64,000 nt of DNA from Dimorphilus gyrociliatus (taxonomy: Eukaryota > Animalia > Annelida): assembly GCA_904063045.1 (NCBI GenBank), contig CAJFCJ010000028.1, positions 62,001 through 126,000 on the forward strand, given 5' to 3'. Made by a program: the position numbers and the translations under genes. Under the pieces are notes generated by a model. It did no database searches. It worked only from the letters and a program-made list of their open reading frames with translations, and was not told the origin of the DNA. How positions within the stretch are numbered: position 1 is the stretch's first letter; each line of letters begins with the position of its first letter. Positions 40,501 through 53,841 of the stretch are shown piece by piece.

Positions 40501-43500
40501 TAAAATCTAATTTCTTTTATTAATTTCGCTCTTTCTCTCTCTCTTTCTGTCGTTTTATAACGTGAATAAAAAGTTAAAACAGAATTATTCCCATTCCAGT
40601 TTGTCTTACAAATTAACCTGGTAAACATTTGTTTTGTGTCGTCTTTCGTCTATTTTATATATACGAAACGATAAACGGTTCTTGCAAACTTGAAATAAAT
40701 AAATAAATAAAATCCTACCAGAGCTCCAAGGATGAAAAATATCATGAAAAATCTTCCCAAGCTTGTAACGCATTGTATATCTCCAAATCCAACAGTTGAC
40801 ATTGTAACTAACATAAAGTAGACACATTCCCAATAGGTTAAGTCTTGACCATTGCTAAAATTCTCAAATGGATCCCCGGAATTTTCTAATAAATGTATAA
40901 ATCCGGCAGCAGTAAACCAAATTGATATCAAATTAGAAAGTAATTGAGATAATCTTATTGAATTGGATGTTTTCAAAATATTTAAGTATTGCAAAACATC
41001 AGGGATTGACATTAGTCTTAGCACTCTTGTGAACCGTAGGCCTAGCCAATTTCGATTCAAGTAGATAGCAACAAAAGATGGTGGAATAGTAAAGTAGTCG
41101 ACGAAAGAATATAATTCGAATAGGAACCAGAGTTTGTCCGGTGCGGCGACTAATCGAATAAAGAAGTAGACCATGAAAAAGATATTGAACGCCAGATCGA
41201 CTTGTTGTGTTGTAGACTGCGACCATCTTTCGCAAGATTCCACTTTCTCCCTGTATAATAAATAAGTATATACTTTTAATCTAGGACAAAAACATTAAAG
41301 ATTGCGGTAATTGTTATTTTTGCTGAAGCTAATCGCTGGAAGGCGCTAGGATTGTAAGAGTTAAAAATCTAGTCTCGTTATCTATGAAGAGTAGATAGAC
41401 AGGATAAAAAAAAGTAGGAATAGAAAAAATTGAGAAGAAGGTTGTTAGATTGGCCAGCAATTGAAGGGATTTTCTTAGACGTTATTTTTACGTGCTGGCC
41501 GAAAAATTTAAATCAGATGTAGGATATCCGAAAGGTTTATATTCTTACGAATGCAACAGTTTTTCATTTATCAACTTTCCCCCTAGAAATTGTATAACTG
41601 GCTTTCTAAGGAAACTTTCTTTTTATTTTTCTATCTTTTCCTTACCTCTATCCATACTTTATCCCATCTCTCTCTCTCTCTCTCGCTCTCTCTCTCTCTT
41701 TCTCTATCAGACATTCCTAATAAGCTTGGCAGAATGTAAATAAATATAATAGAATAACCTTAGAAAGAAAAATCATCAATTTTCACTCCTTCTTAATATG
41801 TTGTAACCTATTATATTTCAAAATTGCATTCTTGATTTCTATCTTAAAAAAATAGCCTCTAGAAATTTTTAAATTTTCTAAGGCTAAAGAATTCTTGCAA
41901 GAAAATTATAAACAAAAAATTACTTTATCGACCACCCCTAGGTAAAGGTCAAACGAATGAGTGAAATACTTAAAGTTGATCTATTTTGCAAAACAGAAAA
42001 GATAGAATGAACCTGTTAATTACTTTATTAATTAAACAAGTGACATAAATAAACGCTTTTTGTTTCGTAGTTTCAAAGGTTGTATCTGTTATACACCTGT
42101 AGACCTATAATTAGGTCAGTACATTTTTTACAATATATGCTAAACGTCTTTTAAAATAAGAAGCGTCTCTTTTTGAAACTGTATCATAAAAATTTCTTTT
42201 CTTTGTATACTAAATTCTTCAACCAGAATTATTTTGTTATTTTTTATACAGAAGTAATTTGTCAATATTATGATAAAATTCAAAAGTATGTTAATCCCTT
42301 ATTGTATTGAGAATAATACTTTCTATAATAGCTAGCCATTTTCTGCTCGAAGTTCTACAGGATTGTTTAAAAAAAATTACACCTGTCTAGTCTGAAGAAA
42401 AATAGCATTGAAAATAGAGAAAGATAAATAGAGAAATGTAGGAGTTAAAGGGAGGAGAGCAGAGAGTAGGAGTGAGAGAGATAGAGATAGAGAAAGAAAT
42501 AGTATAATCTCAGAAGCAGAGAATGAGCAATTAACCATTTATTTATATCGATTTTCGATATTAATCCTCTATAAACGTTTAATTCCTACATTTATGAGTT
42601 TTACTATCAACTTTTTAAAAAAATACTAAAAGAATATTTCAAAGTTTCAAGTCAAAATACGGTTATGACCTTTAGAAAGCGGCTGCCTTTGATTTTCCAA
42701 ACGTCGAGAGAATAAAAATAACGGTGAGTGGAAAGAGAGAGAGAGAAAGTATGAAGGGAGGGGAGAAATAAAAGAACCAATGCCTATCAAAATTTCAAAA
42801 GTTTCAAATAGTTCTCTGTTTGAGCAATCGTTCATTTTAACTTATCAACAAAAGATTGAAAGTTTTTGTTGATATACTGTAACTTATTTCAGTTATTTCA
42901 ACATGTTTCAATAATAATCGATTGCATTTGAAACAATCAACGAGCTGTTGCAGTTGTACTATAAAAAAAATTGACTTGTGTTTTTTATTTTTATTGTAAA
43001 AAGTTGATATTTTTTTTCTATATTATTATTATTTTTTTAATTATTTCCATTATTATAAATTTGATGCGAATTATATAAGAAAATAAAAAGTGTTAATGCT
43101 AAATCGTAATATAAGAAAAGCTGAATAAATTATTAATATAGGATTACTTAGCAACAGTAGTACAGCCACTTACTAAGGACCTTAGTGAGAGTTGTTGAAT
43201 CATACTAATTACCATTAAATTGTGAAAACAAGTAATAACTTATAAATTGTGTAAATTTAAGGCCGATAGGATTTGCTTTTTTTGTTTACGAAACTGCCTA
43301 ATACATTCTTTTTTTGTCTAAATATTCTAGTATACTTCCGAAAAAACTTACGTAGAAGCATCAATAAAGTAAATTATTAAAGATGAAATGCTCAAGAAGA
43401 ATACTAGGACAACCTGAAAGAACAAAAGGACTATTTATAATAGTATTTGATTAGTTTAACACACAAACCAGTATCCGACCAGTCGTTGTCTGACCCGATA

Positions 43501-43783
43501 TCAATTCTCCAGCCCAATCTTTCGCTTCTGTTAACCAACCTATTTCTGCTTCCGCGGAATGATTTCTTGAAGATATGGAATGCTTCCGTCCAATTTTTGA
43601 ACTTAATAAGGTTAAACGATGCTGGTATATCCATGATACAATTCGCCAGGATAAAACGAGGACGAGGCCAGCAAAGAAAGTAATGAGGGAAGAAGATAAA
43701 AAAGCGTACCAATGTCTATCAGCTAGACAATCAACTGGACTTGGAGATGTGAACGGTACGGACTGGTTGCAGTTTACCGCCAT
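34569..43783 (-). CDS. KCNMA1: Slo1/BK calcium-activated potassium channel alpha subunit (about 1,030 aa)
   Basis: Exons 43783-43469, 43413-43352, 41250-40719, 39927-39903, 39846-39819, 39766-39728, 38882-37747, 36696-36326, 35894-35439, 34697-34569 join in frame (3093 nt). S0 and [13 protein letters not shown]4 [10 protein letters not shown], pore [12 protein letters not shown]1, and Ca bowl QFLDQDDDDDP. Confidence 0.95.
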
Positions 43784-44391
43784 CGGGAATTCTTCATATC
43801 CAATGCGTATTAACTATCCTGCTTTATAACTCGTCGCTTTATGAATTGTTGGACGTTTCGTAATCCGCACTAGGTACCGCCATTTAACCAACTAGTCTCC
43901 CGTAGCACATTTTCGTTCTCTCATTATGAATACGGAACAATGTACCAGGCTAAGAAAATAAAATGGATAAAACCCAAAGAAAAGAATGAAAAACTTTAAC
44001 ATCTTTTATTTGTATATAGATATAGTTAAATAACAGTATTTCCAAGGTAAATGAAAGGTTTTATGTAATTTCTATAAAATATTTAACACGTTTTTCTTAT
44101 TAGGTATTATTTATTGTTGATTTTATTATAAAGATATAAAACGACGTTAGTAACATTTACTTTCATAGTAAAAGGACATACATTTATATACTAATACATA
44201 TATTTGCTAATTATTCAAGGCTATTCACTTTGAACTCGATAAAAATCAAAAGAACCATTAATTGAAGTATCTGTTTATTTATTTAGACAAATCCACGAAA
44301 AAATTCTATATTTAATGACGTCATCAGACAATTCAATCTTAATGTGTTTGTACAAATAAATGCACTGTATAAAGATTTTATATATTAAATA

Positions 44392-46228
44392 ATGCGTCTA
44401 GTGTACATCATTTTTACGACAATCTTTTACAAAAGTGTACAATTCAGCCTAGTTAATGCTGACAAATGTGCATGCACTCAAAAAGCTGGTATGATTTTGA
44501 TAAATTGTTATCCTGATCATAGGAAAACTAAATCACAAGTCTGTTTGCATGAAAATGAAAGATTCCTGGAAAAGGTTGAAGCTATAATAATAAGGTGTGA
44601 TGGTAATAGACGACTAAACAAGCGAAGAATGGATATAAGTGTTAATTTTAAGATTATTCATTCATTATATGTGACAAACTGCGGTCAAACCGAAATTCGG
44701 TTGTCTGGAGCCGATAATAGTAGTGTTCTATCTTACAAGGAAGGAAATCCTGTAAGCGTATCTTAAGAAATACGATAAATTCATTAGATGGCGCCACCTG
44801 GAAGTGTTAGCCAATTTAAATAATTAGAAATGTATATTATTACAAGGAAATGGCCTAACACCAGTCCAAAATGAGCTATTTTATATAAATAGATAATATA
44901 TCTTTTCTTCGTTTTCCATTTAAAACAAATAAGTAAATCTCTTTGATAGAAATCGGCAAGGATTCATGTTATTGATACCTACAAACTCCCTTGCATACCG
45001 ATTGGAGATGTGAATATAGAAATTTATTTTACCTTTACTACGGCTTTTGCGAGGAAAAGAGCAGACTATGATAAAAATAAAGATGAATACGAAATAAATT
45101 ATGATGTTCTATTTACAACCAATTGCCCATATCTAAAAAATAGCTCAAGAATTAACCTTATCAAAGTACGTTGCAAAAGATTGTAAGCTCGTATAATATA
45201 AAAAGTAAAAATAAAAAGATATATTTGAAATAGCCTTACACAACAGTATTCAGTATCTATTCTATTCAATTTATAGTATATAGCATAGATAAATAGCGCT
45301 TTTCTTTCTTATAAATTCATTCAAGGCACTTTTTATAATTAAAAATCAGGTGGATGTAAGTAGGACGTATGTCAGATATTTACTTCTCCGTTTGGATAAT
45401 ACTGAAAAAATATCTCATTTTAAAGATATTCGATTTGGTTTTTCTACAATAATTAATTTGAAAATTGATTCAGAAAAGAAGGAAAAAGAATTTAAAAGAA
45501 TATTTGTTAAGAATGTCAACTCCGTTAGATCATTTTTATTCCATAATTGTAGTTATAGTAAAGTTTATACGATAACTCAAGCCTTGGGAAAGAAATATAG
45601 AAATTTGAATAAGCCATCGTTATGGACAGATAAATGTAGTTATGACTTTTCATATTTACGCATTTTGAGAAACTGCAGTACTCATTTTTATCATTATCAA
45701 CGTAAAATGAATAAATTAAGAGAGAACTTTATTAATCACGAAGTTAACTTCTTACTTCGATTAAGACGAAATAGATACGATTTTGCAAAAACTATTGACC
45801 TTGGTAGAAATTTCGATAATCAAGCAAGTCAACTGAGACTTAAAATTCTACAAGATCTTCCTTCCATAAAACGTACATTTGAATATGAATATGCCGTCAA
45901 AACGATGGATGATCGTCAAGATATATTTTATTTTTTATCTCCATCATTTTCTGACGAAAGTATAAAATATATTTCGAGATGCTGCCAATCAGGAAAGCGT
46001 GCTTGTATTGGAAAGGACAGTTCTCTATGTTGGTCATTAGCAAGTTTCTACTTTAGTATGGATTTTTACTTTCCTGATAGATATTTTTCCACAAATGAAA
46101 GCGAATTAAGGCGGCTGAGAATGTTACGTGCAGAGGCATATGATTACGAAATTGCAATGGCGAATAAACCTAATTCAAAATTATTCAAATTGATTAGTAC
46201 TTTCTTAGTGATTTTACTTAGTCTTTAA
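44392..46228 (+). CDS. Orphan secreted, probably GPI-anchored protein (about 484 aa)
   Basis: Exons 44392-44751, 44950-45165, 45350-46228 (phase-0 joins). Signal-peptide-like N-terminus, scattered Cys, and hydrophobic C-terminal tail LISTFLVILLSL with no cytoplasmic residues. Confidence 0.7.
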
Positions 46229-47694
46229 ATATTAAATTAAGAGTTATATAAATAACTAGTATAAAAGTAAAATAATTAAAACTGTTAGGTAAGTTAATTA
46301 CTTCTCAACACCATTCAACTTTTAAATTAATCTTTAGTTAAAATAGATGATTAACCTCAAACTCAAATTTATCCACTTTATTGATCTTACAAGAAATATA
46401 GGGCGAGGAAATGAATGAGTACATCTTCTAAAGTAATGTATATACCTCCACTAATAAAGTTAATAGTCTATTCGTAATAGTTTTTACTTCTAACACAGAC
46501 ATTCTGTTATCTTTGGGAGTATTATTTTCTTAGTAAAATTATATAAGCATCAGTAGAAAAATCACTTAACATTAAAATTCGTTTATCATATATAAAGATA
46601 TATGAGAAATATTTGTATTTTTTTTGTATAGTTTTTGTTAAATATAATAAATAAGATTCTATCAAAAATGATATAGAAAAAAGCCTATTTACAACATAAA
46701 AACGGATTTGAGCCATCAAAAAGAAATTAGATACAAATTAAGCATCAAAAGATATATTCAAGAATCTTTCTAAATTAGGTAGGAAAATTGATTTCAGAAG
46801 AGAAATTAATTAGGATGAAGTATTCTTGGAAAATTAATCAAACGGAAACTTCAATAGATAGTCAAATACGAATGACATTAAATAGTCTTTGGCTTCTTGA
46901 AAAGAGAATATTTTTTATGCGTTGTTTATTCTTAGAATATATATAAATCAAGGCAGGATCCTATATATATACTATGCATACCAAAATGAAATACCTTATC
47001 TCCAACTGCAGCATCAGGGTATCGCTATATCTCATAGTAATAATCGTAAAAAGGAATTGGAAGAGAAACTGGATAAGTGCCAAATTTATACGTATTTCTA
47101 TGATTGGAATGGTGAAAAATTTTTTGGATAAGTATCATAAATTCAGCTTAAATGAATAAAACAGAATTAGGTTAATATTACAAGTATTTAGGATACAAAA
47201 CCCAATTTAAAGTGTATAACATTTTCATATTTAACCTAATGTTTACTGAAACACAACTTTAGTCAATAGCTGTTTCTATCATCGATAAAATCTTTGACAA
47301 TTACCTAAAATATGTTAGAATAGGTTCAACTATTGGATATATCAATGGTAATATCCTATTCGGTCATTGGTTTAATGACCTCAAATTTCCCCCATTCCTC
47401 CCAGCTATTAAGGGAACTATTTGGGGTAAAGCACAAAACAGAAAATCAAAAATACATGTTAATGTAGTCAATTAACATCGGAAAGACTTTAATAATTGAT
47501 GATTTTAGTAAATGGACCATTGGTGTAGGTATTTTTATTCCTTTTTTTCTATAGCATTTTATAAGCAGTGAAAAGCAGGTAATGTATAAAGAAAGTTTAA
47601 AAAAATAATAATCATTTAATAGATTTATAAATAATAAAAGTCTCATTTAGAGGTAATGCCCTTTATACACCTCTGAGTTCATTCGATCTCAATC

Positions 47695-48492
47695 ATGCAA
47701 TCCGATCACGAATTGATAAAAGCTCTCCAGAATGATAATATACGCAGTGTTGACAATTTTTTCCTATCAATGTCAAAGATAAAAATTACTGGCCCTACTT
47801 TGTTAGCTGCAGTAGTTCATAATAATTATGAAAATTCAATTCGTACTTTGAGAAATATGGTTCGCCACAAAGTTGATATAAACTATCAAGATGAACAAGG
47901 CAAAAGTGCACTAATGTTTGCCGTCGAAACGGGAAGAATTGAAACTATACGCTTACTAGCTAAATATGAAAATTGCAATCCTAATATTGAATGTAAAGAT
48001 GGTACCAGAGCAATACATATAGCTGTAAAGAAGGACGATGATAGAATCCTCAGCCTACTTATAAATACTAATTTTTATCCTTACTTATTGGAAGTAAACT
48101 GTCCCGATAAGAGAGGAAAAACGCCACTAAATTTGGCATCTGAAAGAGATCATTCGAAATGTGCTGTAATATTATGGAACGAAGGTCTCGCCGATACCTC
48201 CGTACTCTGCCGTGAGTTTCCTCGGAAATGTTCAATTCAATCAATTACGTTAGATGGATTGCAAACAGTCGATCCAGAATCTAAAAAATCTACAATTGAC
48301 AATTGTCTACTATCTCCTAGATCTATTCACCGCAATCCACCAACTGAGAAGAAATCCAAAAAGTTGAATAGAAGTAATACAGAAAATCATACTGTCTATT
48401 TAAGTAAAAAAATCTTAAATCGAGTCAAGTCTGTAACACCTAAATTGGAGAAAAAAGAAACTTTATACACTCGAATATCTGTCGACGATTAA
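47695..48492 (+). CDS. Ankyrin-repeat protein (ANKRD34/ANKRD63-like layout)
   Basis: Single ORF with about 4 ankyrin repeats (QGKSALMFA, DGTRAIHIA, RGKTPLNLA) and a low-complexity basic C-terminus. Confidence 0.8.
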   Translation: MQSDHELIKALQNDNIRSVDNFFLSMSKIKITGPTLLAAVVHNNYENSIRTLRNMVRHKVDINYQDEQGKSALMFAVETGRIETIRLLAKYENCNPNIECKDGTRAIHIAVKKDDDRILSLLINTNFYPYLLEVNCPDKRGKTPLNLASERDHSKCAVILWNEGLADTSVLCREFPRKCSIQSITLDGLQTVDPESKKSTIDNCLLSPRSIHRNPPTEKKSKKLNRSNTENHTVYLSKKILNRVKSVTPKLEKKETLYTRISVDD

Positions 48493-48924
48493 GTACTCTA
48501 CAAACTGTCAGAAGATATCAGTCATTTTATTTATATTATACTGTCATATTTTCGTAGGTAACGAGGAAATTATAGACATAAAAATAAATTAGATTGTATC
48601 TTTGAGATTATTAATGAGGCTTTATAGACGAGAAATACAAATGTTTCAAACGGCTTTAAAATGTTTCATTTTTTCATAAAAATGTAATATATTTATTGAT
48701 TTAATTAAATGTAATATTGTCTATATGTCTAACAACGATAACAATTGATTTATTGATAGAATTCGGAATACGGATGAAAATACGAAAACATCTAGACGAC
48801 TTGTGTACGTACCTTCGTCTCTATAGCAACAGGCCGCTTTGCTGTGTTCACTAATAACTACATGTTTTTTTTCATATTTTCCAAATAAATCAGTTTAAAT
48901 TAATAATCATCTTAAAATTAAGGA

Positions 48925-49608
48925 ATGGAAATTTTATCGGCTGATATCATCCAGGAATTTAATGATTTAACTCTCAGGGCATTATACGCCTGGATTGATG
49001 GAATTCCAATAAGTAAACCAAAAAGAAATTTTGCAAGGGACTTTTCAGATGGTGTTATGGCGGCAGAGATTATTAAGCACTTCTTCCCACTGCTAGTCGA
49101 ATTACATAATTATACACCAGCCAACGGTACAAGAACCAAAGAAAGTAATTGGACAGTTTTAAATAGAAAAGTTCTTTCCCGATTAAAGATTCAAGTCGAC
49201 CCTGATTTAATCCGGCAGATTGCTCAGTGTAAAGCTAGAGCAGCTGAAAGTTTTCTCTTGTGTCTTAAAAGACGTGTGGAAGCAACTATGGCCGAATACG
49301 GACCAAATTTTTCAGTATACACAAAACTAAAAGCGGAACCAACAACAAAAGGGAAAAAGGCACATAATAACTATAATGTATCCAACAATACTAACAATCA
49401 ATTTGAAATGGAGCCAAAAAGCTTTGAAAGAGAGATTCCGAAACAGCAATTAATAGATAAAGAAGAAGAAATTCGACGTAGAGACGAAACTATTAAAGTT
49501 TTACAAGCGAAAGTTAATAAACTGGAACAGTTGTTACAGTTAAAAGAATTAAGGATTGAAGACTTAACAACGAGACTGAAAAATACGAAAGGCGTTCAAA
49601 TTATATAA
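48925..49608 (+). CDS. SPEF1: Sperm flagellar protein 1 / CLAMP (CH domain plus coiled coil)
   Basis: LYAWIDGIPISKPKRNFARDFSDGVMAAEIIKHFFP...HNYTPAN...NWTVLNRKV and C-terminal ETIKVLQAKVNKLEQLLQLKELRIEDL. Confidence 0.93.
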   Translation: MEILSADIIQEFNDLTLRALYAWIDGIPISKPKRNFARDFSDGVMAAEIIKHFFPLLVELHNYTPANGTRTKESNWTVLNRKVLSRLKIQVDPDLIRQIAQCKARAAESFLLCLKRRVEATMAEYGPNFSVYTKLKAEPTTKGKKAHNNYNVSNNTNNQFEMEPKSFEREIPKQQLIDKEEEIRRRDETIKVLQAKVNKLEQLLQLKELRIEDLTTRLKNTKGVQII

Positions 49609-49787
49609 TAAAATAAGTAGAATAGATACATTTATTATGAGAATAAATATATCATTCAAACTATAAGTTAAAGCTTACTTTAGACTAAAATGTTTATTGA
49701 ATTAAAATGAGTTCCTATAGCACACATTCTTTCATATTACATTAATAACAAGTCCCATACTATAAAGGTCATCGTCATCTAATTCTT

Positions 49788-51075
49788 CTAGTGTAGAACT
49801 TTATCTAGAACTGCCTCGTAGGACAAAGCAGATAAGTCATTTGCCTGTACTTCTTTGAAAGCCAATTGACTAAGCTTATTTTTAATCGCATCTTTAGAAG
49901 AAGCGTAAAGCATCTTGTTGCGAACGCTAGCAGAATCCGGACACCTAGAATGCAATATAAAAAAAAATCTATCAAATAAAAGAATATTTCAATCGAAATA
50001 CCAAAATAAAAAAATCTAAAAATTATCACGTGATATAAATTTACCTGTTCAAAATTTTTCTATACTACAATATGTTATTCAAGTTATTTACTTAATAGCT
50101 TTTTAATGCAAACATATAATTGATAACGATATACGATATATATATATATAACTTATAAGTTCCATGTTGTACTGTCTTTTTACGACTATTTTACCAAATA
50201 AAAAGAAAAGACAAGAATTTTGTATAATTAAATACAAGCAAAATCTTTTTAATGTGACATATATATATACACAGTATATTTAATATTATAGAAGTATAGA
50301 AAAAAATTTCAAATAGGCCTATAGAGGAATTTTGTAGATTTTTTAATATTAATGATTTAATCTTTTAATAATAAAATTTTTTTTAAAGTTCTTTTTTTTT
50401 AAAAAAAAAAGTTTTCTTTTTCTTTAGATTCTTATTTATTGTTGTCGATGTTGTTGTTAGCATAAAAAGAAAATAGTTAAGACTAGTTAAATATTGTCTA
50501 TGGTTTATATATATAGTATATATATATATATATATATATCTCTGTACAATTTTTACTTCGGTATTATATATATTCATATACTGTATATATACAGTATACT
50601 CTATCAAATACATTAACTAATTTTGTCCTTTAGTTAAATCTACTTAATAAGCTAGGCCTATAACGCCCACGATGGAAATTGTTTATACAAACCAGACGAT
50701 AAATAATAATTTATCGGTAGCTTGTCCACTGCCAGGCACATATCCAAAATCGTATAAAATGTAGCAGCAATCCTTGTCTGAGAGAGTATCTGTTAATTCA
50801 TTTAACAATCTTTTTTGGCCTTCCTCGTCGCCATTTTCAGTTTTATCTCGCTCCTTCTCCTCTTGAATTTCAATAAATGTTCCAACAGAGTTTATAACGA
50901 ATCGCAGATATCTAAGAAATATATAAAAATTACACCAGAGTTTGTTTGCTTCCGGGTTTTTTAAAAGATTAAATAGAATTATTAATACAATTTACCTTAA
51001 GGGTGTACCCTTGTGTAGATTCATTTCAACTGCTCTGGTGACGACATCATCGTTAACTTTAACACCACTAGCCAT
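49788..51075 (-). CDS. CFL: ADF/cofilin (151 aa)
   Basis: Exons 51075-50996, 50911-50693, 49944-49788. MASGVKV N-terminus, [42 protein letters not shown]. Missed by the ORF track. Confidence 0.93.
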
Positions 51076-52062
51076 TTTTATTCAAGAATCAACCGTTGAG
51101 AGTTTTCAGCTACGAGAGAAAGAGATGTTGGTCCCGGCCGATTATATGTGCGTTTAAGTACGAATAATTTTTGGCCTGTATTATATTGCTTTATAAGCAG
51201 ATCTATGAGGTTTATTTTTAACTCAGACTATGTATGGAGTGCTCTTTTTTACTCAATTTTAAATTAGACAGTCTTAAATTTTCTTTTACTTTATATTGAT
51301 ACCTAGGCTAAATTCAAGGACAAATTACAAAACAATTGACAAACTACTCTTTTTAAGATTTAAAAAGGAAACCCTTTGTAAAATGTTTTGTAGAACTAAA
51401 TTGGCCGATTGTTTGCGATTCTTATCAATGTACAATTCTATTGATGCTTTGTATTATAGCTAATAGCAATAAGTTAACTAAGATACTGATCGTTTCTAAA
51501 AGTACTCACCATATATGGTCAGTAACACTGGATATGTAGAAATCTAGATTGTTAAAAATACTATTTCTTGATCACTTTCTTTGAAGCGGCATTTATAAGA
51601 CTATTTTATAGTAAAAAAATCAATGAATATAGCATATATCCTGTTCATACAATATATACCAAATATACAATATGTACTATATAAGAAACGGTTTTTAGAA
51701 TAACAAATATTGCTTACCCTTTCTGTTCTTTCAGTAATATTGAATGGTTAAAACTCGAATTTATACAATATATATATAGAATGTTGGCCTCTTGGAAAAC
51801 TAGGTAAGAAAATTGGAGATTAGAGATAACGGGTAATCTCCATGGGAAAGAGAAACTGTGAAATTGTATTCTATTCAATACTTGAAATATAAATGAGATT
51901 ATTTAGAAATAGCTTTTTACTTTAAGTATTTAACGGTTCTATATTATCGCTTTGTTTATTTATTGAGAAAATGACGAATTTTATGATATAAGTTAAACAT
52001 AATGTGTATATACTATATATATATAGATTCATAGATTGGTTTTAATATTCTTATACTATATT

Positions 52063-52332
52063 TCACCAATAGCAGCTCTTACAGACAATTCCATCAACTT
52101 CAAAGCATCTTTTACAGTTATAAGGTGAGTTTGCTTTCCTAAAATCCGTCTCATGGGGATTCCAAAAAGGAATATCAACGTCTGGAATGAAACCATGACA
52201 ATAGCTTTCACTTAAACAATTAACACATCTCTCTTCGCACTGAGCCTCCAAAGTTCCCTTATGATAAACCAAACATACCGAAATATCGATAATAAGAGTC
52301 AAGTTGAGTAGAATAATTAGTAGTTTTCCCAT
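52063..52332 (-). CDS. Small secreted 8-Cys peptide, paralog 1 (89 aa)
   Basis: Signal peptide MGKLLIILLNLTLIIDISVC, then C-x3-CxxC-x5-C-x27-CxxC-x7-CxxC. Confidence 0.8.
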   Translation of the reverse strand: MGKLLIILLNLTLIIDISVCLVYHKGTLEAQCEERCVNCLSESYCHGFIPDVDIPFWNPHETDFRKANSPYNCKRCFEVDGIVCKSCYW

Positions 52333-52962
52333 AGTTTTAATTCTATATTTTAGAATTTCATTTTTAATTTAAAATAAAGACTGAATATAATTTAAATAAA
52401 ATATACTAATTAATTAATTAATGAGCTGAATAAATGAATATTTGACAAACAATTAATTTTATAGTAATAATATATTAAATATAAATTATATTGTAAACAT
52501 CCTATATAATCTTTATGACTCAGTAAACTTTTACAGATTTTCTTTTTCTTTCTCTAAAAAGAATTATATTATCTCTTTATATATAAATTGTTTCTATTTA
52601 ATCAATATCCTCTTATTAAAATAATTGAAGATTTTACAATTTGCATCATATATGTACAGTTAAAACTTTGTATTTGTCTAATAAAATACAATACGGATCT
52701 TTGTTGCTATCGGGTTTTTTTTCTTTTCTTTGTTTTTTTGTTTTTTACAGATTTGCCAATTTAAGATAAAAACTAAAAAAAAGTGAGAGTTCTATACTTG
52801 TTTTTTCTTTCTGGTTTTGTTTAACGCTTATAAGAATACAATTAAAATATGAACACTTTTAAAAATCGAATATGAACATAAAATTTTTCCATCTCTCTTC
52901 TTCTTTCCTCCTTCATTTTTCTTTTTCATTCATTCACTCATTACTTTGCTTCTTTTTTTCAT

Positions 52963-53211
52963 TTAAATACATAGTTCACATATTCTTCCTTCTTCGTCTT
53001 TAAAACAATTTCTACATCTTTCGTCCTCAAGGAGAGAAGGATCCCATGTGCTCGGCGGCGGGGCGATTATACTTTCACATTCCTTTGAATGGATACATCC
53101 GAAACATTTGTTCTGAGGACAGATCTTCCATATTTCTTGTGGAATTATAGCGCTTTGGTACGAAACATTCGCAATAAATATAAGACAGAATAAAACGGCC
53201 AACTTTCTCAT
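52963..53211 (-). CDS. Small secreted 8-Cys peptide, paralog 2 (82 aa)
   Basis: ATG at 53211, signal peptide MRKLAVLFCLIFIANVSYQS, then C-x4-CxxC-x5-C-x20-CxxC-x8-CxxC. Confidence 0.8.
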   Translation of the reverse strand: MRKLAVLFCLIFIANVSYQSAIIPQEIWKICPQNKCFGCIHSKECESIIAPPPSTWDPSLLEDERCRNCFKDEEGRICELCI

Positions 53212-53817
53212 AGTTCCTCTCTTTATAAGCTTTACTGGCGAACTACTCAAGTACAGAGATAGGACTTAATATATCGCGCCGCACTTGCGGAAATATATAG
53301 CAAAGCAGCCTCATTATAGGCCTATAAACCGTGTTTATTTCTACGATAATAGCCCTAAAGGATTTTATATTGACTGAAAATATGTGATTCATAGCCTTGA
53401 CTGTGACGAAAACGTTGTAGACGTATTACATAAAAAACTTTCAAACAAATGACTGAAACACTTCCGGACGCTGGAGAAATATAGAATGTATTACTAACCT
53501 ATTTAAAATAACTCTATTTCTTAATATTTTGATGAGTAACAAAGAATTGGAGAAGAACGAGGGTCTCTTACTCAAGATAAATAAGCAAAAATGGAGTTTG
53601 TAACATATTTATGTTCCTTTTATATAGAATTATCTGTATCTAATGAAAAAAAGAACAAAAAAGAGAGATGGAAAAACAGAAGAAGATCCTTATCGTAGAA
53701 ATCTGTTTCACCATCACCCTATACCCACGCACTCCTTTCCATATTCTCTTCTCTGTTTGTCCATTCCTCTCTAACACTCTCATCCCCTCTCCATTCTCTT
53801 AGTTTTGCTCTCGCTCT

Positions 53818-53841
53818 CCCCCTCCCCTCTACTCCCACCCC
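53818..53841 (-). other. Canonical G-quadruplex motif GGGG-T-GGG-AGTAGA-GGGG-A-GGGGG
   Basis: Four G-runs with loops of 1, 6 and 1 nt on the minus strand, inside a C/T-rich (plus-strand) tract at about 53700-53870. Confidence 0.55.

Noticed and set aside
46400-47131. Short plus-strand ORFs with some coding feel between the orphan GPI gene and the ankyrin gene
   Set aside because: Could not be joined without implausibly short (about 30 nt) introns or stops; no recognisable domain.
47362-47381. Inverted repeat GGTCATT-n5-AATGACC resembling a nuclear-receptor element
   Set aside because: Single short instance with non-standard spacing; compatible with chance.
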